A DNA stretch of 64,000 nt from Candidatus Saccharicenans sp. (GTDB taxonomy: Bacteria > Acidobacteriota > Aminicenantia > Aminicenantales > Saccharicenantaceae), in NCBI GenBank assembly GCA_030017715.1, contig JASEIU010000001.1:1079845-1143844 (forward strand), given 5' to 3'. Shown here in pieces: positions 18,172-28,599 of the stretch (the first letter of the stretch is position 1; each line of letters starts with the position of its first letter). Under the pieces are notes generated by a model. The model had not been told where the DNA came from. It saw only the letters and a program-made list of their open reading frames with translations, and searched no databases. The position numbers and the translations under genes are program-made.

Positions 18172-19914
18172 TTAAGGTCTTTCCGGCCCGCTCTTTTTTC
18201 TTACCGCCACCACCTGCCCCTTAAGACTTTTCAGCAGGGCCCTGGCTTTAGGGTCATCGAGCAGAGCCCGGGTTTCCTGACTGACAGTATTCCTGCGGGC
18301 CGGTTCAGGTTTTTCTTTGACCGAAGAAGCCTGAGGCTTCAGGCCGGAAACCCCGCCGGCTGACCCGGTGTCCTCCAGGATTAATTCCAGGTTCTGACCT
18401 CCCATTTCGGCCCAGATGCGGTTCAGGTAGGGCAGATTCTGTTCTATCAACTCGGCAAAATGTTTTCTGTCTCGGGCATATACCAGACGGATCCTCCCCT
18501 CGACCACTTCTACCCGATTGACCATTTTCATGATCGGGGCCAGGAGGGGTTTGTCTCTCATCAACCGAAAATAGAGTTCATCGGCTTTTTCTTGATTGAA
18601 AACCGAGACTCCGTTTTTTCTGACCGGATTCAGATTATTTTTATTTCGGTCGGCGGGCGGAACCCTGACCGCATTCCCGCCTCCGGCCCGGTTGCCGGCA
18701 GAAGCCGTTGAATATCCTGACTCGACCGGTTTTCTTTCCACCGGCCCTGATTTAAGAGCGGCCAGCTCTTCCAGCGCCTGTTCCAGGGGTTTAAGGTTTG
18801 GAAGATAGCAGAGTTTAATCAACCAGGCTTCGAGGAAAATCCGCGGCTGAGAAGAATAGCGAAGGCCTGACTCTCCATCCTGCAACAGGAGGATAAAACG
18901 CAGCAGCTCTTCCGGCTGAAATCCACGGGCCATCTCCTTCAGGGTCTGAATTTCCTCATCTGATAAGAGCAGCAGTTCCGAGGGGCTGGAAGAGACCCTG
19001 ACCACCAGCAGCTGGCGGAAGTAATCAATCAGACCGCTGTAAAAATGCCGGAGGTCGGTTCCAGCCGAGACCAGGGATTCAACCAGAGGAAATATTTCTT
19101 CGCTCTTTCCTGACAGAACGGCCCGGGCCAGATTTTCGTACAGGTTGCGGTTGATCACCCCCAGCACTTCCTCGGTTTCCCTGTCCTGAACCTGAGGGCC
19201 GCTGAAAGAAACCACCATGTCCAGAAGAGTTTCGGCGTCGCGCAGACTGCCGTCAGCCGACCCGGCAATCAACTTGAGGCTGTAAGGACTGATGACAATT
19301 TTTTCCTGCCCGGCAATAAACTGCAGGTGGTCAATTATCTGCTGGCTGGACAGCCTCTTAAAAACGAAATGCTGGCAGCGGGAAGCGATGGTCCGGGGCA
19401 CCTTGTGAAACTCGGTGGTGGCAAAAATAAAGACCGTCCGGCTGGGAGGCTCTTCCAGAGTCTTGAGCAGAGCGTTGAAGGCGTCCCGGCTGAGCTGATG
19501 AACTTCATCGATAATGATTACCCGATAACGGCTGTGCATGGGCTCATACTGAACACTTTCCCGTAAAGCCTTGACGTCTTCTATCCCCCGGTTGGAGGCT
19601 CCGTCGATTTCTATGAAATCAAGCAGCGATTCTTCGTTGATCGCCCGGCAGACCGAACACTGATTGCAGGGTTCGGGGGTCGGCCCCTGTTCGCAGTTCA
19701 GGGCCTTAGCCAGAATTCTGGCCACGGTGGTCTTGCCCACTCCCCTCATGCCGGAGAACAGGTAGGCATGGCCAATGCGATTTTCTTTGATGGCATTCTG
19801 AATGGTTCTGACCACCGCCTCCTGACCGACGACTTCGCCAAATTGACGGGGGCGGTATTTTCTGGCCAGAACCAGATAGCCGGACTTGCTGGTTTCTTCA
19901 GGTCTGGATGACAT
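18172..19914 (-). CDS. dnaX: DNA polymerase III subunit gamma/tau
   Basis: LARKYRP, GMRGVGKTT, zinc module, IIDEVH, NALLKTLEEPP, SRC. Confidence 0.96.
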   Translation of the reverse strand: MSSRPEETSKSGYLVLARKYRPRQFGEVVGQEAVVRTIQNAIKENRIGHAYLFSGMRGVGKTTVARILAKALNCEQGPTPEPCNQCSVCRAINEESLLDFIEIDGASNRGIEDVKALRESVQYEPMHSRYRVIIIDEVHQLSRDAFNALLKTLEEPPSRTVFIFATTEFHKVPRTIASRCQHFVFKRLSSQQIIDHLQFIAGQEKIVISPYSLKLIAGSADGSLRDAETLLDMVVSFSGPQVQDRETEEVLGVINRNLYENLARAVLSGKSEEIFPLVESLVSAGTDLRHFYSGLIDYFRQLLVVRVSSSPSELLLLSDEEIQTLKEMARGFQPEELLRFILLLQDGESGLRYSSQPRIFLEAWLIKLCYLPNLKPLEQALEELAALKSGPVERKPVESGYSTASAGNRAGGGNAVRVPPADRNKNNLNPVRKNGVSVFNQEKADELYFRLMRDKPLLAPIMKMVNRVEVVEGRIRLVYARDRKHFAELIEQNLPYLNRIWAEMGGQNLELILEDTGSAGGVSGLKPQASSVKEKPEPARRNTVSQETRALLDDPKARALLKSLKGQVVAVRKKSGPERP

Positions 19915-20038
19915 GGTTTTCGAATTAAAAAAGATCAGCCGTTATCTTACCACAACCGGCCTAAAATTCAAACCGACCTTCGGTCCTGATTAAAACCTCT
20001 GGCAATTTTTTCCTGTCTGGCGTATAAGATTTCTGAGA

Positions 20039-20908
20039 ATGAAGCCCCGAACTCACGGTTTGCTGCTGGTCCACCTGGCTGTTCTGTTCTTCGGATTTCC
20101 CGGAGTCATCGGCAAAGTCCTGCCGCTGAGTCCGGTCCAGTTGACCTGGCTACGTGTTTTTCTGGCCAGCCTGGGGCTGCTGGGAATTCTTTTTATCCAG
20201 AAAGTTAAACCGCTGGTTTTCAGGGCCGGGCCGCTGTTGCTACTTCTGGCCGCAGGTTTGTTGCTGGCCTTTCACTGGACCGCTTTCTTCCAGTCCGTGC
20301 AAATTTCTACCGTGGCCGTGGGTCTGTTATCTTACTCCACCTTCCCCGTCTTCACCGCTTTCCTGGAACCCTGGGTCCTAAGAACAAGATTCAGAAAATC
20401 ATATTTGTTTCTGGCCCTGACCTGTTTTCTGGGCGTGGCACTTATGGTTCCGCAATTCAGCTTCGGCAATCGAATCTTTCTGGGGGCGGGCTGGGGAATC
20501 CTGTCGGGCCTGTCATTTGCTCTGCTAACGATAATCAACCGGATTCTTTCGCCCCGGCATTCCAGCCTGGTGCTGGCCTTCTACCAGGACGGCCTGGCGG
20601 CGATTTTCCTGCTCCCCTTTCTGTCCAGGGAGTCGTTGCCTCTGCCTCTCGGGGCAAGGGAGGCGGGATTGATTCTTTTTCTGGGCCTGGTTTGCACCGC
20701 CGGGGCGCACACCATTTTCATCAGAGGTTTGCGGTTTCTGGAAGCCAGGCCTTCCAGCCTGATAAGCTCGCTGGAGCCGGTTTACGGAATTATCTTTGGT
20801 TATCTATTCCTGGATGAACTTCCCGATCTCAGAACCGTGGCCGGAGGACTATTGATTCTGGTCTCGGTAGCTTTGATATCCTGGAAAAATCCCGACCTCA
20901 GCTCCTGA
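20039..20908 (+). CDS. EamA/DMT family transporter
   Basis: About ten hydrophobic helices in two repeats; LEPVYG motif. Confidence 0.85.
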   Translation: MKPRTHGLLLVHLAVLFFGFPGVIGKVLPLSPVQLTWLRVFLASLGLLGILFIQKVKPLVFRAGPLLLLLAAGLLLAFHWTAFFQSVQISTVAVGLLSYSTFPVFTAFLEPWVLRTRFRKSYLFLALTCFLGVALMVPQFSFGNRIFLGAGWGILSGLSFALLTIINRILSPRHSSLVLAFYQDGLAAIFLLPFLSRESLPLPLGAREAGLILFLGLVCTAGAHTIFIRGLRFLEARPSSLISSLEPVYGIIFGYLFLDELPDLRTVAGGLLILVSVALISWKNPDLSS

Positions 20909-20919
20909 TCTTCTCCGGG

Positions 20920-22071
20920 TTATCTTTTTTCTTCATCCGCTTTGCGCTTCAGGTTTTCTTTCCGGATAACCTTTTTTTCTTCGGCCTGCCTCTTCTGCAA
21001 TTCCTGCTTCTCCTGTTCGTGCTTTTTCTTCAGCTCTTCCAGCCTGGACTGAATTTCGGACAGCTTTTTCTGCCTTTCCTCAGGCGGAGCGTTTCTGGCC
21101 TCTTCTTCGGCCTGTCTTTTGAGGCGTTCTATTTCCAGTTTTTGGGTTCTCTCCAGCAGGCTGCCCTCCTGGCGGTGAATAACCTCAACATTTTCCCTCC
21201 GGTTTTCTTCAAGCCGGTTTATTTTCTGTTCTGCTTCCTCTCTTTTCAGCACTGTTTTTGGGGCAGTTGACTCCTGTTTTATCTGGGGGCGGTAAATTCT
21301 GACTTCGTCAATCCCTCCGCCGGCCTCTTCGGGCTTCTTGACTTCTCTAACGCTGACTTTGGTTACCGGTCTTCTGGTCAACCTTTCAATTTCCTGAGGG
21401 GAAAGGGCATCGTTGATAACCACATTCCGGTCTCTGACGGTGTATCTGTCCCTGACCACGGTGTAATTTATAATCGTGATGTTTCTCTCCGGAGGCAAAA
21501 TCCAGGCCCGCAGCTGGTTGGAATGAAAGCGATGGCTTTCGATAAATATCCAGTAATGATGAGGCAGGTCGCGTCTTCCCCATCTTAAACCATATCCGGG
21601 GACAAAATCGACGCCTGGCGGCAACGGCGCCCAGCCCAGATAGAGATCTCCGAATCTCCAGATTACCCAGGCCGGAGCCCAGACCACGTCGGGTACCCAG
21701 AACCAGCCCAGCCTGTTATCCCAGCCCCAGCGTCCGTAATGAAAAGGAATCCAGCCCCACGGGTCGTGAGAAATCCAGGTCCAGCCGTAATCAGTCCAGG
21801 CCCAGCGCCCGTGAGTGTAGGGGCGCCAGTGCCGGCCGACTCCCCTCGGAATCCAAACATAACCATAAGGGTTGTAATAAATCCAGTAGCCGTAATGACC
21901 GAGGTAATCGTAAATATAGGAAATTGAAATTTCTCCGTAGGCCGGGGCAACCGGAGCCGGTGGCGGTTCGTATGTTCTCGCTCCCCGGTTCCTGGATTCG
22001 TCGTAAGGGATATACATTATGCAGCTTGTGGCCAGAAGAATTAAAAACAGGACTAAACCAAGTTTTTTCAT
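20920..22071 (-). CDS. Lipoprotein with a Trp-rich DUF6600-like domain and a charged helical tail
   Basis: Lipobox LATSC; WRPYTHGRWAWTDYGWTW..DPWGWIPFHYGRW..WAPAWV..GWAPLPP. Confidence 0.75.
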   Translation of the reverse strand: MKKLGLVLFLILLATSCIMYIPYDESRNRGARTYEPPPAPVAPAYGEISISYIYDYLGHYGYWIYYNPYGYVWIPRGVGRHWRPYTHGRWAWTDYGWTWISHDPWGWIPFHYGRWGWDNRLGWFWVPDVVWAPAWVIWRFGDLYLGWAPLPPGVDFVPGYGLRWGRRDLPHHYWIFIESHRFHSNQLRAWILPPERNITIINYTVVRDRYTVRDRNVVINDALSPQEIERLTRRPVTKVSVREVKKPEEAGGGIDEVRIYRPQIKQESTAPKTVLKREEAEQKINRLEENRRENVEVIHRQEGSLLERTQKLEIERLKRQAEEEARNAPPEERQKKLSEIQSRLEELKKKHEQEKQELQKRQAEEKKVIRKENLKRKADEEKR

Positions 22072-22093
22072 CGCTTCCTCCTGCCATTAATAT

Positions 22094-22110
22094 AGCAAGA
22101 AATATGCCGG
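22094..22110 (-). promoter_or_regulatory. Candidate sigma54 (-24/-12) promoter
   Basis: CCGGCATATTTCTTGCT has GG-N10-GC spacing. Predicted +1 at about 22083, just before AGGAGG. Confidence 0.55.
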
Positions 22111-22190
22111 ACACGGGCCCTGACCGGCCGGACTGAACTGTCCGCGACCCGGTTATCAGGAGTCCCTTTTTGGGGACACCCCGGTGAAAA

Positions 22191-23405
22191 TCAGGCCTTT
22201 TCCAGCCTCTTGAAAACCCTTTTAATCCTCCTGAAGGCCCAGTCCAGTTCTCTTTTGCTTATGATGAGTGGAGGAGCGAACCTGATGACATGCTCATGGG
22301 TTTCTTTACACAGCAGGCCTTCTTTCATCAATTCTTCGCAGTAGCGGCGGGCTCCGCCGGCTTCAGGGCGGAGTTCAATGCCGATCAACAGCCCGCGACC
22401 CCGGACTTCTCTTATCTTGCGGCTCTTGATGGTTTTAAGTTTCTCCAGGAAATAGGCGCCTTTCTCGCTGGCATTCTGAACCAGATTTTCTTCCTGAATA
22501 ACCTTCAGAGCCTCGCGGGCCACCGCACAGGCCAGAGGGTTGCCGCCGAAAGTCGAACCATGCTGTCCGGGTTTGATAACTTCCATAATGTCGTTGGTCG
22601 AAAGAACGGCCGATATGGCATAGCAACCGCCGCCCAGTGACTTGCCGATAACCAGCAGGTCAGGCTTTATTCCGTCATATTCGCAGGCAAATAACCGCCC
22701 CACCCGGCCCAGGCCGGTCTGAATTTCGTCGGCAATGAACAGCACATTATTTTTCTTGCAGATTTCCCAGGCCTTTTTCAGAAAATCCTCGGGCGGTATC
22801 AGGATCCCGGCCTCGGCCTGAATCGGTTCCACCAGGAAAGCGGCCGTGTTGGGAGTAATGGCTGACTCCAGGGCTGCCCCGTCTCCAAAAGGAATAATCT
22901 TAAAACCGGGAGTAAAAGGCCCGAAATCCTGGCGGTAAAGAGGCTCGGTTGAAAAGCTGATTACGGTAACGGTGCGGCCGTGGAAATTGTTGGCGCAGGC
23001 GATGATCTCCGCCTGGTCCTGAGGGATACCCTTTTTCAGATAAGCCCATTTGCGGGCAATCTTGATGGCTGTTTCCACCGCTTCGGCTCCCGAGTTCATC
23101 GGCAGCACTTTATCGAAACCGGTCAGGTCGCAGAGTTCCTTGGCCAGCAGAGGCCACTGGTCATTCCTGAAAGCCCGGGAGGTCAGGGTCAGTTTTTTAG
23201 CCTGCTTCTGCAGGGTCTTCACCAGGCGAGGATGGCAGTGCCCCTGGTTGACGGCCGAGTAGGCACTTAAAAAATCCAGATATTTTTTCCCTTCGACATC
23301 CCACATCCAGATTCCCCTGGCTCTGGTGATGACCACATCCAGCGGATGGTAGTTATGGGCTCCGTACATATCCTCCAGCACAATGTAATCCCTGTTTTCC
23401 ATCAT
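22191..23405 (-). CDS. rocD: Ornithine--oxo-acid transaminase
   Basis: [54 protein letters not shown] precedes ATG 23405; the longer ORF call runs into the tRNA. Confidence 0.94.
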   Translation of the reverse strand: MMENRDYIVLEDMYGAHNYHPLDVVITRARGIWMWDVEGKKYLDFLSAYSAVNQGHCHPRLVKTLQKQAKKLTLTSRAFRNDQWPLLAKELCDLTGFDKVLPMNSGAEAVETAIKIARKWAYLKKGIPQDQAEIIACANNFHGRTVTVISFSTEPLYRQDFGPFTPGFKIIPFGDGAALESAITPNTAAFLVEPIQAEAGILIPPEDFLKKAWEICKKNNVLFIADEIQTGLGRVGRLFACEYDGIKPDLLVIGKSLGGGCYAISAVLSTNDIMEVIKPGQHGSTFGGNPLACAVAREALKVIQEENLVQNASEKGAYFLEKLKTIKSRKIREVRGRGLLIGIELRPEAGGARRYCEELMKEGLLCKETHEHVIRFAPPLIISKRELDWAFRRIKRVFKRLEKA

Positions 23406-23428
23406 ATTATTACTCCCTCTAAGATTTA

Positions 23429-23521
<93 letters not shown>

Positions 23522-23593
23522 GCTGGTTAAAATTCTTCATTAGATTATCAGAATAAGATTCTTAAATCAATTCCGGCCGCGCCGCCTTCGGTC

Positions 23594-24625
23594 CTAAAAA
23601 TCACGCCAGTAGATGGAAATAATATCCTTGATTAAAGCTGCGGCCGCTCCCCGCGGGTCTGACTTGCCCCCGCTGAGAACTATATAACCCATGCAATCGG
23701 TGTAAAAGATTATTCCTTTGTTGCTTCCGTCCACGGCGGCCAGAGGATGGTCTGGGTTGAGCAGGGCCAGTCCCACTTCAACTTTCCAGGGCTCCCCCGG
23801 GGTTTCCCGGCTGCAGCGTCCGATTAGTTTTATAGTCTTACCAATCCGGGCGGCTCTGGTCATTATTTCTTCGGTCAGCCCGTTTATTCCGTGAACCCGG
23901 GCTTCAGACAGTTTTATGGCCGTCCCCAGCACCTTGTTGGCAATGATGACCATCTTGGCCGCAGTATCCCAGCCCTCAATGTCCTGAACCGGGTTGGGTT
24001 CGGCGATTCCCTTTTCGCTGGCTTCCATCAGAGCTCGCGAGAAACTAAGGCCGTCGGCCATCCGGGTCAGGATGTAATTGGTAGTTCCGTTTAGAATACC
24101 CTCTATGGCCATGATTTCAGCCCCGGCCAGAGAATGCAGGCCAAGGTCCAGGGTCGGAAGAGCGGCAGCGGTGGCTCCGCTGGCCTTCAGGGCCACCTGA
24201 TTCCGGCGGGCTTCGGCTTCCAGTTCCGAGGGATGAACCACCAGGGCCCCCTTGCTGGCCGTGACCGCATGCCAGCCTCTGGACAGGGCCGTCTTGATCA
24301 AGCTGTAACCCGGTTCTCCGGTGACCAGGTCGGAGGGTGTGCAATCGACCAGCACTCCGGATTTAAACTCATCGAGCAGGTCAACCAGACTGAAGGTCTG
24401 AACCCAGCTTGACAATTCGGCTTTTTCTTCGCCGGCTGCTCCGGCTTCGGAAACCATCTTCCTTGTCCCGGACAGGAGAACTGCACCCGATTTTCTTATT
24501 ATTCCTTTCAATTCCAGGAATAAACCGTAGCGTTCCCGGCAGTAATCGTATTTTTCTTTGAGCAGTTCATAAAAAGCCTGCCCCACCCGGCCAAATCCGA
24601 CCAGAATGATATTAATTTTTTGCAT
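23594..24625 (-). CDS. hom: Homoserine dehydrogenase (no ACT domain); alternative TTG start at 24640
   Basis: GFGRVG, HAVTASKG, IEGILNGTTNYIL, GIAEPNP..DIEGWDTAAK. Confidence 0.9.
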   Translation of the reverse strand: MQKINIILVGFGRVGQAFYELLKEKYDYCRERYGLFLELKGIIRKSGAVLLSGTRKMVSEAGAAGEEKAELSSWVQTFSLVDLLDEFKSGVLVDCTPSDLVTGEPGYSLIKTALSRGWHAVTASKGALVVHPSELEAEARRNQVALKASGATAAALPTLDLGLHSLAGAEIMAIEGILNGTTNYILTRMADGLSFSRALMEASEKGIAEPNPVQDIEGWDTAAKMVIIANKVLGTAIKLSEARVHGINGLTEEIMTRAARIGKTIKLIGRCSRETPGEPWKVEVGLALLNPDHPLAAVDGSNKGIIFYTDCMGYIVLSGGKSDPRGAAAALIKDIISIYWRDF

Positions 24626-24656
24626 CCTGCCACCAGCCAATCTCTAATTATATAAA

Positions 24657-24751
24657 TGGCGGAGAGGGCGGGATTCGAACCCGCGATTCCGGTTATTACC
24701 CGGAATAACGGTTTTCGAGACCGTCGCCTTCAACCACTCGGCCACCTCTCC
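24657..24751 (-). tRNA. tRNA-Ser (CGA)
   Basis: GGAGAGGTGGCCGAGTGG..ACGGTCTCGAAAACCGT, long variable arm, GGTTCGAATCC, GCCA end. Confidence 0.96.
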
Positions 24752-24764
24752 GCTTCCCTGTAAT

Positions 24765-25274
24765 TTACTTTAAGCCGGCCAGGTTTTCAACCACCCGGGA
24801 TTTTTTCCCGACCTGTCGTCTGGCCCGAAAGAAATCTTTCAACAGCCGACCGCCTTCTTCCCGGCAAAGTCCGCCGCTGACACGGGGACGATGGTTGGCC
24901 CGAGCCAGATCGAATTTCAGACCAGAAACTATTGCTCCCGCCTTGGGATCTTCGGCTCCATAAACTATTCTCCCAACACGAGCCTGAATAATAGCCCCCA
25001 GACACATCGGACAGGGCTCGACAGTTACATAGAGAGTGGAACCCGGCAGCCGATAGTTGCCTACCTTTCTGGCGGCTTTCCTGAGGGCGACAATCTCGGC
25101 GTGAGCTGTGGGGTCAGAGCCGGACAGCGAACGGTTGTATCCCCTGGCCAGCACCTGCCCTTCTTTTACCAGCACCGCTCCAACCGGCACCTCTCCCCTG
25201 ACCGCAGCTTTTCTGGCTTCGGACAGAGCCAGCCGCATATAATACAAATCCTGGTCCTCAGACTTCTTTTTCAC
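24765..25274 (-). CDS. tadA: tRNA adenosine(34) deaminase
   Basis: GEVPVGAV, DPTAHAE, NYRL, TVEPCPMC, FFRARR. Confidence 0.94.
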   Translation of the reverse strand: MKKKSEDQDLYYMRLALSEARKAAVRGEVPVGAVLVKEGQVLARGYNRSLSGSDPTAHAEIVALRKAARKVGNYRLPGSTLYVTVEPCPMCLGAIIQARVGRIVYGAEDPKAGAIVSGLKFDLARANHRPRVSGGLCREEGGRLLKDFFRARRQVGKKSRVVENLAGLK

Positions 25275-25434
25275 CGCTTTATAATTTTAGAATTAACTCC
25301 GGCCTGAGGCAAATGCCTTTTTGAATCGGGAGCCGATTTGTTAATCAGGTAGCTAAAGGCCCCGGCCAGCCGCGCAACTCGACTTTACTTGTTCCGGGCC
25401 TTCAGGTAGACTAAACTCAGAGAATAAATTGTTG

Positions 25435-26625
25435 ATGACCGACTGCTTAAAATGTCTGGTATGCGGGCGGGAATTTGACTTCCGGCCCAACGATATTTTT
25501 TGTCCCGGCTGCCAGCAACCAGGACTGTTTCTGAATTCAATTTCCGGCCAGATAAAAATAAACCGTCGGGCCGGAACCCCGCTGGAAAAATTTGCCTCTT
25601 TTCTGCCCCTGGAGAAGGTCCGTCCCGAGCTGAGCCTGGGAGAAGGGGAAACGCCCCTTCTATCCCTGGTCAACCTGGACCCGGAGGGGCGTCTTCTGGC
25701 CAAGCTGGAGTCAACCAACCCGACCCTGAGTTTTAAGGACCGGGGTTCGGTTCTGGTAGTACAAAAGGCTCTGGAACTGGGCTGGCCGGCCGTCGGGACA
25801 GTTTCGACCGGAAACATGGCTTCTTCCACTGCCGCCTACGCCGCCCGGGCCGGACTCGACTGTCTGCTGCTGGTAAAAAAGGGGACTTCCGCCGCGGCCC
25901 TCCTGTCCTCGTCCGTTTTTAATCCTCGAATTGTTGAGGTGGCCGGAGATTACGGGCAGCTTTTTCGGGAAAGTTATGAGCTGGGAAAAAGTCTCGGCAT
26001 CTATTTTGCCAATTCCGTCGACCCGATTCGACTCGAAGGTTATAAGCTCACAGCTTTTGAAATCTGTCTGCAACTGGGGAAGGCTCCGGATTTCGTTTAT
26101 GTGCCGGTCAGCTCCGGCGGTCACTTTGTCGGCCTCTGGAAAGGATTCCTGGAGATGAATCGGGCTGGCTTTATCCAGAAGATGCCGGTCATGGTCGGGG
26201 TCCAGGCAGCTGCCTGCGCCCCGATAGCTCAGGCTTTCACGGATCAGCGGGAGAGAGTCGACAAAATCCAGCCCTCAGAAACCATTGCCCATTCCATATC
26301 CAACGCCGACCCCCCGGCCGGAAACCTGGTTCTGAAATTAGCTGGCGCGAATAACGGCCGGCTGACCTCGGTGACAGACGAAGATATGCTCCGGGCCCAG
26401 AAAGAGCTGGCTATGAAAGAAGGGTTGTTTGTTCAGCCGGAATCGGCCTCCACTCTGGCCGCCTACCTGAAGCTGCCCACGGGCTCTGAAGGCACCTCGG
26501 TTCTGATTATGACCGGGCAGGGACTGAAGGCTGCCCATCAACCCGGGCTGGAAAGCATAGATTATCAGGCTGGAGACATCCCGGATTTGAAAAATTATCT
26601 TCGCTCTGTTTATCGCCAAAAATAA
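25435..26625 (+). CDS. thrC: Threonine synthase (PLP fold type II)
   Basis: N-terminal CxxC..CxxC, SLGEGETPL, NPTLSFKDRG, STGN, EGYK. Confidence 0.85.
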   Translation: MTDCLKCLVCGREFDFRPNDIFCPGCQQPGLFLNSISGQIKINRRAGTPLEKFASFLPLEKVRPELSLGEGETPLLSLVNLDPEGRLLAKLESTNPTLSFKDRGSVLVVQKALELGWPAVGTVSTGNMASSTAAYAARAGLDCLLLVKKGTSAAALLSSSVFNPRIVEVAGDYGQLFRESYELGKSLGIYFANSVDPIRLEGYKLTAFEICLQLGKAPDFVYVPVSSGGHFVGLWKGFLEMNRAGFIQKMPVMVGVQAAACAPIAQAFTDQRERVDKIQPSETIAHSISNADPPAGNLVLKLAGANNGRLTSVTDEDMLRAQKELAMKEGLFVQPESASTLAAYLKLPTGSEGTSVLIMTGQGLKAAHQPGLESIDYQAGDIPDLKNYLRSVYRQK

Positions 26626-26654
26626 AATACCAATAATCAATTAGAGGAGGGACA

Positions 26655-27638
26655 ATGCCAGGAGAATTCAAGTCCGGCTGGTCAGGCTACGACCTTCCCA
26701 GAATTCCGGCTCGCTGGCTGAAATACGCCGCGGCCGCCGTTCTGGTGATGATCCTGCTGGCCACATCCGTTTATCAGATCAAACCCGAGGAATTAGGAGT
26801 CATCCTGCGCTTCGGACGGTTCGTCAGAACCACTGAACCGGGGTTGCATTTAAGACTGCCGCTGGGGATTGAAAAGCTGACCAGGGTTCCGGTACAGCGC
26901 CAGCTCAAACTGGAATTCGGTTACCGCACCGCCCGCCCCGGGGTGAAATCCGAATATTACGTTAACGAAGAAACCAAGAGGGAATCCATGATGCTGACCG
27001 GAGACCTGAACGTGGTGGTGGCCGAGTGGATTGTCCAGTACAAGATCAAAGACCCATATAAGTTTCTATTCAAGGTGCGCGACCCGATTCAGACTTTCCG
27101 GGCGATGACCGAGGCCATCGTCAGGCAGGTGGTGGGAGACGCCTCGGTCGATGAGGTCATAACTTTCGGTCGGGCCGACCTGGCCGCAGAAGCCATGACC
27201 TCCCTTCAGAAGCTGGTGGATGTCTATGAACTCGGACTGGAAATAAACCAGCTCATTTTCCAGGATGTCAACCCCCCGGACCCGGTTAAGCCCTCGTTCA
27301 ATGAAGTCAACCAGGCCCTCCAGGAAAAAGAAAGAAAGATTAACGAAGCCTGGGCCGAATACAATCAGGAAATACCCAAAGCCCAGGGCGAGGCTGAACA
27401 GATGATAAGGGGAGCCGAAGGTTATGCGGCCGAACGGGTCAACAACGCCCGGGGAGACGCGGCCAGGTTTATTTCCATTTATCAGGAATATTCAAAAGCT
27501 CCGGCCGTAACCAGGAGGAGATTCTACCTGGAAACGCTGACTGAGGTGCTGGCCGGGATAGAGAAGAAAATAATAGTTGATGAGGCCCAGAAGAACCTGG
27601 TTCCGCTTCTGAACCTGGACCAGGAGGTGAAAAAATGA
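26655..27638 (+). CDS. hflK: FtsH modulator HflK (SPFH)
   Basis: N-terminal TM helix, GVILRFG, MLTGDLN, IPKAQGEA, VTRRRFYLET. Confidence 0.93.
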   Translation: MPGEFKSGWSGYDLPRIPARWLKYAAAAVLVMILLATSVYQIKPEELGVILRFGRFVRTTEPGLHLRLPLGIEKLTRVPVQRQLKLEFGYRTARPGVKSEYYVNEETKRESMMLTGDLNVVVAEWIVQYKIKDPYKFLFKVRDPIQTFRAMTEAIVRQVVGDASVDEVITFGRADLAAEAMTSLQKLVDVYELGLEINQLIFQDVNPPDPVKPSFNEVNQALQEKERKINEAWAEYNQEIPKAQGEAEQMIRGAEGYAAERVNNARGDAARFISIYQEYSKAPAVTRRRFYLETLTEVLAGIEKKIIVDEAQKNLVPLLNLDQEVKK

Positions 27639-28579
27639 AATCTTCCAGTCTGAAAATACTCGTAACCATCATTATAGTTTTTGTGCTGCTGGCTCTGGTA
27701 GACGGAGTTTACATAGTGTCCGAAACCAACCAGGTGATCATCACCCAGTTTGGCCAGCCGATCGGAACTGCGGTAACTTCTCCGGGAATGCATTTCAAGG
27801 TTCCCTTTATCCAGAAAGCCAACTACTTTGAGAAAAGGTGGCTGGAGTGGGACGGAGATGCCAATCAGATTCCCACCAGGGATAAGAAATACATCTGGGT
27901 CGATACTTACTGCCGCTGGCGCATCAGTGACCCGCTGGTTTTTTACCAGCGAGTTAAAGACGAACGGGGCGCCCACTCCCGGCTGGATGACGTGGTTGAC
28001 GGCGAAACCAGAAACGTTATCGCCAGTTTTGACCTGATAGAAATTGTCCGTTCGACCAATCGCGAGTTCAATCTGAGCGAAGAATCGACCCTGCTCGATT
28101 ATTCGGAAGTCATCGGGAAAATCCAGGTCGGCCGGGCCCGGATTGCCGAAATGATCCTGGAAAAAGCCTCGAAAATCACGCCGGAGTTCGGAGTCGAATT
28201 GAAAGATGTCCGGATAAAAAGAGTTAACTATGTAGACGAGGTGCAAAAAAAAGTTTTTGACCGGATGGTGGCCGAAAGACAGCGAATCGCTTCCAGGTAC
28301 CGCTCGGAAGGAGACGGACGCAGCGCTGAAATTCGTGGGCAGAAGGAAAGGGAGCTGAAGATTATAACTTCGGAAGCCTACCGCAAGGCTCAGGAAATAC
28401 GGGGCCGGGCGGAAGCCGAGGCTACTAAAATCTATGCTCAGGCCTATAACCTTGACCCGGAATTCTATCAGTTCCTGAAGACCCTGGAAACCTACCGCAG
28501 CACCCTGGCCAGAAATACCTGGCTGATACTGACCACTAATTCCGAATTTCTAAAATACCTGAAATCAACCTCGCGCTGA
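27635..28579 (+). CDS. hflC: FtsH modulator HflC (SPFH)
   Basis: TQFG.P, RWRISDP, RMVAERQRIA, DPEFYQF; ATGA overlap with hflK. Confidence 0.93.
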   Translation: MKSSSLKILVTIIIVFVLLALVDGVYIVSETNQVIITQFGQPIGTAVTSPGMHFKVPFIQKANYFEKRWLEWDGDANQIPTRDKKYIWVDTYCRWRISDPLVFYQRVKDERGAHSRLDDVVDGETRNVIASFDLIEIVRSTNREFNLSEESTLLDYSEVIGKIQVGRARIAEMILEKASKITPEFGVELKDVRIKRVNYVDEVQKKVFDRMVAERQRIASRYRSEGDGRSAEIRGQKERELKIITSEAYRKAQEIRGRAEAEATKIYAQAYNLDPEFYQFLKTLETYRSTLARNTWLILTTNSEFLKYLKSTSR

Positions 28580-28599
28580 TTAGCCCGGGTTGGCCGAGT

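Noticed and set aside
19915-20038. SRP RNA (ffs), often found upstream of dnaX; the minus strand has TCAGGACCGAAGG
   Set aside because: The AGCAG half of the conserved loop and the long enclosing helix are missing.
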